Below, piece by piece: positions 17,999-26,438 of a stretch of 64,000 bases of DNA. The position numbers and the translations under genes were made by a program. Every line of letters starts with the position of its first letter. The first letter of the stretch is position 1. This DNA is from an uncultured Ignavibacteriales bacterium (GTDB lineage Bacteria; Bacteroidota; Ignavibacteria; Tepidaquicellales; OLB5): the NCBI GenBank assembly GCA_964568655.1, contig CAZMRG010000001.1, positions 2,815 to 66,814 of the forward strand. Reading direction: 5' to 3'. The notes beneath the pieces are model-generated. The model worked only from the letters and a program-made list of their open reading frames with translations. It was not told the DNA's origin and ran no database searches.

Positions 17999-19639
17999 TT
18001 ACTTTATTAAAACCATTTTCCTGGTATCTGTGTAATCCGCAGTTCTTATCCTGTATAAATAAACTCCGCTGTTCAAATTGGCTGCATCAAAACTAACAGA
18101 ATAATTGCCGGTTCTTTCAAACTTATTTACCAGAGTCGCAACTTCGCGTCCAAGAACGTCATAAACGATGATGTTAACCAAGCCATCTTTTGCGATGGAG
18201 TAATTCACCAGAGTCGTCGGGTTAAATGGGTTCGGATAGTTCTGCGACAGCTCAAACTTTGAAGGCGTATTGTTTTGGTTATTGATAATTCCTGTAACTG
18301 ATTCTGAAGTATCAATAAACACATTATAATAAACGCCGCCGTTGCCAAAAGCTCTGGCATGCACAGCTTTTCCGCTGCCAATAACTGTTCGCCCATCATC
18401 AGATGTGCTGCACCAGAAGAATGAACCCGGGTCTGATACGGAGAATATCGGAATATTATTGTTATGAGTGGTTTTGAATGCCACAAGATTTTTTGCTGTA
18501 TGCGTATAATAATCGCCCCAAGAACATGCGCTGAGTATTTTGCCGTTCTTTGAAAATGAAACTGCATTCACTTCATCGCCCATTCCGGTATACGTCCACA
18601 GCGGCGTACTTCCGCCCGCAACGCTGAATAATTTTACTTTGCCGTCATACGTGGAACTGGTAATAAAATTAAGCGTTCCGCAGGCAACCATGCTGCCATC
18701 GTTGGTAACATCAATGGCGGTCATCCAGTTATAATAAGTTCCGGGCGGTTCCTGATGCTGCCAGAGCATATTGTATGTTGAACCGTTCCACTGATAAACT
18801 TTCACGTATCCATTGTAATTTATCGAAGCTACAACATTTCCATTTCCGCTTATTGCCTGCTGGGTTTGAGTGCCGCCGCCTATTAATCCGCTGTATAGCA
18901 TAGCTCCCGTGTAAGTTCTTAATACCCAAAAATTGCTGTATGTATTAATAATTACAAGCGAGTCATTACCTGAAATTTTTACACCGTAAATACCGGTTGC
19001 AATTCTGAATCTCCATACCGGCACATTAGAGCTGGCGTTAAATCCAAAAACCGTGCTGGAATCGCTGCGTGCAGTTGAGCCTACAAGGAAACTCCCATTG
19101 CTTGTTAACGCTACGTTAGCGGCAGTTCCTGTATCAGGCAGCGTTGTCAGGTCGAAGTTAAATGTTATGTTTCCGTTTGTACCGTTAAAAATATAAATGT
19201 TGTGATTGTATCCGCATGCAACCGCGCCGCCGTTTCCGGATACTGCAATATAATTGTACAAATAGGCCACTGGCGCCGGAAATGGGTATTCCCATATCGG
19301 CGAGCTATTTGAATTCCCGTAATCTGAGGTTCTTTCATTATTAAGGTACCATCCAACAATCGAACTGAGCCCGTTACCCGCTTCAGCGCAGAAATTCCCT
19401 ATAGCGGCCGGTTCAGTGTAAGTATACCTTATTGTCGAAGCATTGCTGTCGGGATGATCGTTTCTGATTATTACCGGAGCCTGTTTGTTGTTTGAGTTGT
19501 ATAATACGGGATTTGTAGTTATCACTACACGTCCCTGGTTATCATAAGAGCTGTGCACTCCGGTTAAATTATCAGGGATGTTTGAAGATGCAAAGATGTA
19601 TTGTGAAAATAGAAAAACCAGAAGTACTGCTGTTTTCAT
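17999..19639 (-). CDS. T9SS-secreted beta-propeller-like protein, paralog B
   Basis: 546 aa with signal peptide MKTAVLLVFLFSQYIFASS. It is colinear with paralog A (for example YVKVYQWNGSTYNMLWQHQEPPGTYYNWM). The C-terminus is QNYPNPFNPTTLVNY...YLYRIRTADYTDTRKMVLIK. Confidence 0.85.
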   Translation of the reverse strand: MKTAVLLVFLFSQYIFASSNIPDNLTGVHSSYDNQGRVVITTNPVLYNSNNKQAPVIIRNDHPDSNASTIRYTYTEPAAIGNFCAEAGNGLSSIVGWYLNNERTSDYGNSNSSPIWEYPFPAPVAYLYNYIAVSGNGGAVACGYNHNIYIFNGTNGNITFNFDLTTLPDTGTAANVALTSNGSFLVGSTARSDSSTVFGFNASSNVPVWRFRIATGIYGVKISGNDSLVIINTYSNFWVLRTYTGAMLYSGLIGGGTQTQQAISGNGNVVASINYNGYVKVYQWNGSTYNMLWQHQEPPGTYYNWMTAIDVTNDGSMVACGTLNFITSSTYDGKVKLFSVAGGSTPLWTYTGMGDEVNAVSFSKNGKILSACSWGDYYTHTAKNLVAFKTTHNNNIPIFSVSDPGSFFWCSTSDDGRTVIGSGKAVHARAFGNGGVYYNVFIDTSESVTGIINNQNNTPSKFELSQNYPNPFNPTTLVNYSIAKDGLVNIIVYDVLGREVATLVNKFERTGNYSVSFDAANLNSGVYLYRIRTADYTDTRKMVLIK

Positions 19640-19808
19640 TGTTGTAATATAGTTTACTTAAATAAATATTAATTATAAAATAATATTAACCAAACTAATA
19701 CTATACAACATATTTTCAGGAAATAGTAATAATAATATAAGATGTTATTATACTTGCGTCAATTCAAATAAATTATTTTAGAGGATCAATTTTGAAGGCG
19801 GTTATTAA

Positions 19809-19835
19809 CAAAAAAACAGGAAATTGGAACTGTTT
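19809..19835 (-). terminator. Possible weak terminator after the DUF4175 gene
   Basis: On the minus strand: AAACAG-TTCCAATTTC-CTGTTT followed by a T-run. The stem is only 6 bp and AT-rich. Confidence 0.3.
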
Positions 19836-19845
19836 TATATTGATA

Positions 19846-22800
19846 TCAGCGGTTTATTGACCGCATTTTTTCCATGTATTTCTGTATCAGGGCTTCGTAG
19901 TCGTCGCTGTAGCTTTCTTTCTGCACGTCAAGCGCATCCTGGTTGACGCCGTTAATAATGTTGGGGCGGGAAAGTACTATTTCGGGCGGCGAGCTCCGGT
20001 CAAAGTTCTTACCGGGGCGCGATTCTCTTTTTTGTTCAAAATCTTTCTCTCTCTGCGAGAGCTGGAAATCAAGCATACGCGAGAGTATTTTTTCCTGACG
20101 TTTTTTGGTTTCGGGCGTTATGTTATTATTCTGCAGGTCCTGAATTACTTCCATCATATCTTTCTGGACTTCATCAAGATTCCCAAGCAGCTTCTTTCCG
20201 GTTTCTTCCTGCTGCTTTTTAAATTCTTCATTCAACTGCTGCATATTCTTTTGAATTGTCTGCTGCTCGCCTGAAAGTTTCTGCATCTGCGACATTTGTT
20301 CCTGTGTCAGGTTCCCCTGGTTGCCGTTGGTTCCCATTTCGCCCATCTTCTGGTTAAGCGATTGTTGCTTCTGTATCATCTGCTGCAGCGCCTGAAGTAA
20401 CTGTTCAAGGCTACTTCCGGATTTACCGTTCCCGGGTTTGCCGTTCTTGCACATCTTTTCCATTTTCTCAATGGCTTTATCAAGGTTCTCCTTCGCGCTG
20501 CCCTGCGAGCTGCTGGCATCTTTGCTGTTCTTCTTTCCGAGGTTATCCGACGCCTTTCCCATATCGTTATAAGCGTCGCCAAGATTTTTGCTCAGCATAG
20601 GATTTGGCCCCATCTGCGATGAGAGGCTCATAAAATCATCAATAGTCTTTGATAATTGCCCGGTTAAAGCGTCCTGTTTTTCTTTCTGTTCTTTAAATTC
20701 ATCGGAAGATGACTTTTTATCCATATCCTTCGTTTCTTCTTTCAGGTCGCCTTGTTTCTTTGACATCTCCTTCATTTTATCCAGCATCTTCTGCATCGCT
20801 TCGTTCATCTTCGAGTTTTCATTCTGCATCATGTTAGAGAGTATATCCTGCATTTGCTGGTTCATTTGGTTCAGGTCTTGGGAGAGATCGTTCTGCTTAT
20901 CCTGCGCTGAATTTTTGTCGCTGTTCTGCAGGTCCTCGGAAGCGTTTTGCATCTTCTGCTCCAGCTGTTTCTTCATCATCTCCTGCAGCATCTTATCCAT
21001 GTCCTTGGCGGTCTGGTCGTTATTCATTTTCTTCATATTCTCGTTAAGCTCTTTCAGCTGCTTCTGGAAATTCTCATATTCATCTTTTATCTGCTGCTGT
21101 GTTTTGGAAATGTCGTTGAGCTTATTCAGGTCCTGCTTGTCCGTGTTCTTTGTCTGTTCCTTTGCCTCGTCCTGTTTTTTTGTGATCTCGTCAAGCTTCT
21201 TTGTCAGCTCGCCAAGCTTCTGCTCGTTTAATACTTTATTAAGAAGTTCCATCGTTTTTTCAAGCGATTGTTTGAACATGTCTTCATCAAACTTGAAATT
21301 CTTCATCGCTTCTTTTAACTGGTCGGGATTCATATTCTTCATCGCTTCCTGAAGCTTCTTCAGCATGTCGCGCAGTTCCTTGGAATCGATCCTCTGGAGC
21401 ATTTTCTGCAGCTCCATGTATTTTTCAAGCGTCTCTTTTGATATCTGGTTGTTGTTCTGCAGGTCCTGCATCAGGTCATCCAGTTTCTTCTGGGTATTCT
21501 GAAACTGGTTCTGAATGTTATCTATCTTATTCTGCATTTCCTGCTGTTTCTTCGCATCGTTCAATCCAAGCTCTTCCGGATTTTTGTCCAACTTCTCTTT
21601 CAGTTCATCCATGTCTTTCTTAAGTTCCATGGCGTCATCGTAAGCCGATTTCAGCGAGTTCTCTATATCGTCTTTTGTCTTTTCAGTTTTGTTCAGCAGC
21701 GCATCAAGCGAAGGATAAATAAGTTTCCTTGTATCGCTCCTTGTCATTTTAGGGCCGCTGTACGCGTCATTATCGTAAACTTCAACAAAATATTCCACTT
21801 CATCTTCGGTTCCGAGGTTGAGCCTTGTGAGGTTCCATTCATACGGCACTTCAAGTCCCGTTGCATCCGTATTCTGTATCGGTATATCGACGAACTTAAA
21901 ATCCTTATCCGTAGAGCCGTACTTTGATTTGCTTATTTTATAACCGAGCCTCATTTTAGTGAAACCAAAATCATCTGAAATACGCGAGCGCACCTCGATT
22001 TGATCCTCGCCTTTTAGTGAAAGTTCGCTGTTAGGCTCGACCACTGAGATTTTGGGATATTCATCGGGTATTACGTTCAGCGTGTAATCGACAGCATTTA
22101 TACTGGCTAGTTCTTTGCCGTTAAAATCTTTTGCCACATTAAATCTAAACGTTCCGTTCCTGGTCGCGGTAAACGAACCGGAGGCGTTCTTTCCGTTAAT
22201 TTCCAGCGGAAGAGGCGAGCCGCCCGCAAGCTGCATAAACGATTTTGAAATATTATCTGACGATTCTATTTCAAAATAAATTCTGCTGCCCATGATTGTG
22301 GAAATTTCGGTTCCTTCAACAACTCTTGAAGGAAGCTTTGTATATGCCGGCGGGTAAACGGTAATTTTAACGCCTTTAATAACGGGCCTGCCTGTAACTG
22401 TTATTTTATATTCAGAGCTTTTAATCCCTTTGTACTCAAACGAATAAAGCGTGTTTGTGTTTACGTTGTTCACGTTCGCTTTAAATTCATTTGGCGCAAG
22501 CGCGCTTAGTTTTTCAGTATTTGATGAGAGCTCAATGCCTTCATCCGTAACAGTTTTTGTAATAAAGTTAACCTGGTCGGTTTTATAGTTCGGGTCGTTG
22601 AAAAGTACCTTCGCATTTATCTCTACGTTTTCGCCTTTTGATACTTCCGTATTACCCGGCTTTACTTCGAATGCAACGCCAAGTGAATTTTCAACATAAG
22701 TGAAATTGTAATTCACGAGCCTGTTAGCAGCCGCCTGGAATATGTTCGGGAATACAAGCATTAGGGTTGTAAATGTCAATAAGCTCAACGCAAAAACTAT

Positions 22801-23289
22801 TGCGGAGCTTTTCAGCTTACCGAATGATATTACTTTTGAGAAGTCGTATGGCTTTGATCTTTCATTAACCAGGTTGATGCTCTCTGCAACAAGGTCGCCG
22901 GAGAAAATATTTTCTTTTCTAGTCGAATACCCATAGATCTGTATTGCGTTAAGCAGGTTATCTTTAATTTCCGGAAAGCTTCCGCCAATACGGTTAGCAT
23001 ATTTGTTAACCACATAAGGCTTCTTTGTACTTCCAAAAAAAGAAACTGCGCGGAGTGTAATTAAAACGGCGGTAGCGAAGAACGCAGACAAGTATCCGAA
23101 GAAAAGAATTTTCCTGACCATTGATGAAAATCCGAAAACAGCTTCTGATGAAACCAGCGCCAGCGCCAATACCACAAATGCCGACAGGGCTACCAGGCTA
23201 TGCTTATATAGATTGAACAGAATATCTTTCCGGCTAACGACGGAAATCCTGTTAAGAAAGCTCTGGTATGTGAGTTCTAAGCTGCTCAA
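19846..23289 (-). CDS. DUF4175-like large membrane-anchored protein with giant low-complexity coiled-coil
   Basis: 1147 aa with a TTG start. It has N-terminal TM helices and a beta-rich middle. About 530 aa (about 20110-21700) are a K/E/Q/M/N/D/L-rich predicted coiled coil. The conserved tail is ...KRQEKILSRMLDFQLSQREKDFEQKRESRPGKNF... The gene lies 15 bp downstream of the DUF4159 gene. Confidence 0.65.
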   Translation of the reverse strand: MSSLELTYQSFLNRISVVSRKDILFNLYKHSLVALSAFVVLALALVSSEAVFGFSSMVRKILFFGYLSAFFATAVLITLRAVSFFGSTKKPYVVNKYANRIGGSFPEIKDNLLNAIQIYGYSTRKENIFSGDLVAESINLVNERSKPYDFSKVISFGKLKSSAIVFALSLLTFTTLMLVFPNIFQAAANRLVNYNFTYVENSLGVAFEVKPGNTEVSKGENVEINAKVLFNDPNYKTDQVNFITKTVTDEGIELSSNTEKLSALAPNEFKANVNNVNTNTLYSFEYKGIKSSEYKITVTGRPVIKGVKITVYPPAYTKLPSRVVEGTEISTIMGSRIYFEIESSDNISKSFMQLAGGSPLPLEINGKNASGSFTATRNGTFRFNVAKDFNGKELASINAVDYTLNVIPDEYPKISVVEPNSELSLKGEDQIEVRSRISDDFGFTKMRLGYKISKSKYGSTDKDFKFVDIPIQNTDATGLEVPYEWNLTRLNLGTEDEVEYFVEVYDNDAYSGPKMTRSDTRKLIYPSLDALLNKTEKTKDDIENSLKSAYDDAMELKKDMDELKEKLDKNPEELGLNDAKKQQEMQNKIDNIQNQFQNTQKKLDDLMQDLQNNNQISKETLEKYMELQKMLQRIDSKELRDMLKKLQEAMKNMNPDQLKEAMKNFKFDEDMFKQSLEKTMELLNKVLNEQKLGELTKKLDEITKKQDEAKEQTKNTDKQDLNKLNDISKTQQQIKDEYENFQKQLKELNENMKKMNNDQTAKDMDKMLQEMMKKQLEQKMQNASEDLQNSDKNSAQDKQNDLSQDLNQMNQQMQDILSNMMQNENSKMNEAMQKMLDKMKEMSKKQGDLKEETKDMDKKSSSDEFKEQKEKQDALTGQLSKTIDDFMSLSSQMGPNPMLSKNLGDAYNDMGKASDNLGKKNSKDASSSQGSAKENLDKAIEKMEKMCKNGKPGNGKSGSSLEQLLQALQQMIQKQQSLNQKMGEMGTNGNQGNLTQEQMSQMQKLSGEQQTIQKNMQQLNEEFKKQQEETGKKLLGNLDEVQKDMMEVIQDLQNNNITPETKKRQEKILSRMLDFQLSQREKDFEQKRESRPGKNFDRSSPPEIVLSRPNIINGVNQDALDVQKESYSDDYEALIQKYMEKMRSINR

Positions 23290-23304
23290 TAATTGTTAAT
23301 CTAT

Positions 23305-23988
23305 CTAATTACTTAAAGCGTAAATAATGATATTTGTTCCCATTTTGAAGGCTTCTTCGCGTTTTTCGGGCGGATCTTCGTGTTCCCTCTGATCGGCCCA
23401 ACCGTCGGAAATATTTGTTTCATATGTATAATAGCAGCATAATCTGCCATTTACAAAATAACCGAACCCCTGCGGTGGCTTACCGTCATGTTCATGAGTT
23501 TTCGGGAGCCCTGCGGGGAAGTTGAAATGAATATTATATATTTTGTGGTTAAATGGTAATTCCTTCATTTCCTGGTCAGGAAACACTTTTTTCATCTCGC
23601 GTCTGAACGCTACATCCATTCCGTAATCATCATCCGCATACATGAAACCGCCGCGCTCAAGGTATGACCTTAGCCGCTTTACTTCTGAATCATCAAATGA
23701 AATATTTCCGTGCCCGGTTATAAGTACAAAAGGATAGTTGAAAAGATCGTCGGAAGCGATATCTACGGTATAGAATTTCGGCTCGTCAACATCAACTACC
23801 GTATTCTTTTTCAGATAATCCATCATATTCACTTCGCATGACGGGTCGTTATACCAGTCCCCGCCACCCGAATATTTAAGGCGCGCGATCTTAAAAGCAT
23901 TGGGAGAAGTACCCTGACCGCTTTGCTGTGTATTGCCAAAAATTAATGGCAAAAATATCAGAATTACCGAAAAAAGAGCCTTTTTCAT
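23305..23988 (-). CDS. DUF4159 domain protein (secreted/periplasmic)
   Basis: 227 aa with a signal peptide. Family-typical motifs: IARLKYSGGGDWYNDPS, FNYPFVLITGHGNISF, LRSYLERGGFMYADDDYGMD, GLPKTHEHDGKPPQGFG, YTYETNISDGWAD. Confidence 0.8.
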   Translation of the reverse strand: MKKALFSVILIFLPLIFGNTQQSGQGTSPNAFKIARLKYSGGGDWYNDPSCEVNMMDYLKKNTVVDVDEPKFYTVDIASDDLFNYPFVLITGHGNISFDDSEVKRLRSYLERGGFMYADDDYGMDVAFRREMKKVFPDQEMKELPFNHKIYNIHFNFPAGLPKTHEHDGKPPQGFGYFVNGRLCCYYTYETNISDGWADQREHEDPPEKREEAFKMGTNIIIYALSN

Positions 23989-24103
23989 TAATAAAATATG
24001 ACTAAAATTAATTTCAACTACAAGGTTATTGAACAGAAAAATGGTTAGAAGCAGTTAAAAAAAACGGCAAATTTCTTTCAAATGGGAAAGAAAAAACAAC
24101 TTC

Positions 24104-24640
24104 TTATAATTTTCTCATTATAACCGTTGAGCGGGAGAGGAAATGCCCGCCTGCTTCGCCCCAGTAATAATTGTATGCTATATTTCCGGCGTCCCATATC
24201 TCTATCGAGATTTCCTCGCGAAATATCTTTTCGTCGCTTCTTTCCCCAAACCCAAATATGAAAATTGTTTTATTCCCCGGTATTCTTCTGAACCTGCGGA
24301 GCTTAAATACGCAAACGGTGGGCACATTGTAATTCAATGTCCAGAGGCATAGTTTATTGTGGTTATTATAGGCTATTAATGTATGTTCCTCATTGAAAAG
24401 TACGGTTTCGGAACTGAAAAGGTTATCCAGGTCATCAAATTCATTTCCGTGTATTCCAACTGCGCGGTATTTAATATTTACGCCTTTGTCATTTACAACA
24501 GGGATAATTTCAAGCAATCCTCTGAACTGAACATCTTCATGATTTACACCCAGACCTGTATAAATACCTTTGCAGCTTAACAGAATTTCTAAGGGCTCTA
24601 TTTTATTTTCTATTTTACTTTCTGTTTTATCTTTCGTCAA
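24104..24640 (-). CDS. Hypothetical cytoplasmic protein
   Basis: 178 aa. The TTG start overlaps the GNAT gene's 3' end by 14 bp. I recognise no motifs, and the composition looks beta-rich. Confidence 0.5.
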   Translation of the reverse strand: MTKDKTESKIENKIEPLEILLSCKGIYTGLGVNHEDVQFRGLLEIIPVVNDKGVNIKYRAVGIHGNEFDDLDNLFSSETVLFNEEHTLIAYNNHNKLCLWTLNYNVPTVCVFKLRRFRRIPGNKTIFIFGFGERSDEKIFREEISIEIWDAGNIAYNYYWGEAGGHFLSRSTVIMRKL

Positions 24641-25220
24641 AATTAAACTCCTGTTTCAGAATAGAGTATAGTTTTAGATCCTGGTAAGCGCCTTTTACAA
24701 ACATTTGCTCTCTAAGCGTTCCTTCGTATTTCATTCCGCATTTTTGCATAACTTTTTCCGATGCCGCATTTTCAATTTTGCAAAGCGCTTCTATCCTGTT
24801 AAGATCCATTGCCTCAAATCCGAACCTCAGCATCCTCTTTAAAGTTTCTGTCATTATTCCTTTGTTCCAGTACCGCGATGATATCGCATAACCGACTTCG
24901 GCCCTGCGGTGTTCAGGATTCCAGTTGTGGTAGCCGCCTGTTCCGATGAGCTTGTTATTTTCTTTATAAACAATACCCCACGGACTCGGGATCCCGTTTT
25001 CGTATTGCAATAATATTGACTTTAAAAACGCCATTGAATCGGCGACCGTACGGTGATAATCCCATGTAACATGTTTCGAAACTTCAGGCATAGATGCGTA
25101 TTCGAACACGTCATTAGCGTCGCGCATGGTAAGCCTTCGAAGTCTCATCCTGGGCGTCTCAAGCGTTTGCAGGTCTTTGAATACATTGCCGATATTTGAT
25201 ATTCCGGTCATCCTGGACAT
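24627..25220 (-). CDS. GNAT family N-acetyltransferase (RimJ/RimL-like)
   Basis: 197 aa. N-terminus TPRMRLRRLTMRDANDVFEYASMPEV; acetyl-CoA motif region VGYAISSRYWNKGIMTETLKRMLRFGFE; C-terminus YEGTLREQMFVKGAYQDLKLYSIL. Confidence 0.85.
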   Translation of the reverse strand: MSRMTGISNIGNVFKDLQTLETPRMRLRRLTMRDANDVFEYASMPEVSKHVTWDYHRTVADSMAFLKSILLQYENGIPSPWGIVYKENNKLIGTGGYHNWNPEHRRAEVGYAISSRYWNKGIMTETLKRMLRFGFEAMDLNRIEALCKIENAASEKVMQKCGMKYEGTLREQMFVKGAYQDLKLYSILKQEFNFDER

Positions 25221-25429
25221 TTCAAATCATATTAAAAATAAATTTAACTAAAATTACAGGAATAGAATATGTAAATCCGTGGCGCTATTGAAGTATTTAA
25301 TTATAGATAAATTATGAATAAATTGTAACTATTAAATATATACAGCAGGTTTTTTTGCTTTTGTTATGCGATAAGAAATTAACGGTTATTATTATAGCAA
25401 TTATTTTATTTGAATTTGTATCTTTGTAA

Positions 25430-26380
25430 ATGAATCCACTTGTAATTTCAACATGGAAACACGGCATAGCCGCCAATGAAAAAGCTTACGAAATTTTAAC
25501 CGGAGGCGGGAACTCACTTGATGCCGTTGAACAGGGCGTCAGAGTTGCTGAAAATGACCCGGCGGTATTGAGCGTTGGATATGGCGCTTTGCCTGATGCG
25601 GAAGGCAGACTAACGCTGGATGCGGCTATTATGGATTGGAATGCCCGCATAGGTTCAGTAGTTTGCATTGAGCATATAAAGAACCCTGTATCTGTTGCGA
25701 GGCTGATCCTTGAAGTTACAGAGCATGTGTGCCTGGCCGGCGAAGGAGCGTTTAATTTTGCCGTGATGAACGGTTTCCAGCCGGATATTCTGCACTCTGA
25801 AAACTCGATAAGAAAATACAACGAGTGGAAGGCGGGTAATTACGGGAAGTCGCAGGAATTTCATACCGACGAATACAAAGTTAAGAAGCTTGGCATAAAC
25901 GAAGACGGCAACCACGATACGATAGGCATGGTGGCTATTGATAAAGACGGGCATCTATCCGCAGCATGCACAACAAGCGGCACGGCATGGAAGCTGCATG
26001 GAAGAGTAGGGGACTCGCCCATTATCGGCGCGGGATTATATGTTGACGGCGGCATTGGCGCGGCGGCGGCAACCGGGCGCGGCGAGGAATGCGTTAGGGC
26101 GTGCGGCAGTTTCCTGGTAGTTGAGCTTATGAGGCAGGGCATGGATCCGCAGGCAGCCTGCGAAGCCGCTTCAAAGCGCGTTATTAAGCTGAACCTGCTC
26201 TCGCATAAGAACCGCGACCATGAATACCAGGTGGGGTTTGTTGCCATCAACGCTAAAGGCGAGTATGGCGCAGCAAGCGTAAGAGACGGTTTTGAATATG
26301 CTATATTTGAAAACGGAAAAAACGAATTAAGAAAAAGTAAATTTATTATTGATAAGAATTTTGAAATTACCGACCTGTAA
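25430..26380 (+). CDS. Asparaginase-2 family Ntn hydrolase (glycosylasparaginase / isoaspartyl peptidase type)
   Basis: 316 aa with the autoprocessing/nucleophile site GNHDTIGMVAID, followed by TTSGTAWKLHGRVGDSPIIGAGLYVD and AAATGRGEE. Confidence 0.85.
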   Translation: MNPLVISTWKHGIAANEKAYEILTGGGNSLDAVEQGVRVAENDPAVLSVGYGALPDAEGRLTLDAAIMDWNARIGSVVCIEHIKNPVSVARLILEVTEHVCLAGEGAFNFAVMNGFQPDILHSENSIRKYNEWKAGNYGKSQEFHTDEYKVKKLGINEDGNHDTIGMVAIDKDGHLSAACTTSGTAWKLHGRVGDSPIIGAGLYVDGGIGAAAATGRGEECVRACGSFLVVELMRQGMDPQAACEAASKRVIKLNLLSHKNRDHEYQVGFVAINAKGEYGAASVRDGFEYAIFENGKNELRKSKFIIDKNFEITDL

Positions 26381-26438
26381 AGTACAGGTTATGATATCAG
26401 GAATTTTAGTTTCCAAAGCTAATTGACGGAATAACGAT

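Noticed and set aside
20588-21352. 254-aa plus-strand ORF (and the 94-aa ORF at 20947-21231)
   Set aside because: It is antisense to the low-complexity coiled-coil region of the DUF4175-like gene. Its S/F/C/I-rich translation is the mirror image of K/E/Q/M codons, so it is an artefact.
24104-25220. GNAT plus overlapping small ORF as a TacT-like toxin-antitoxin pair
   Set aside because: The GNAT has RimJ/RimL-type features and size. The partner is 178 aa and lies downstream, with no DNA-binding antitoxin motif. The arrangement does not match known GNAT TA modules.
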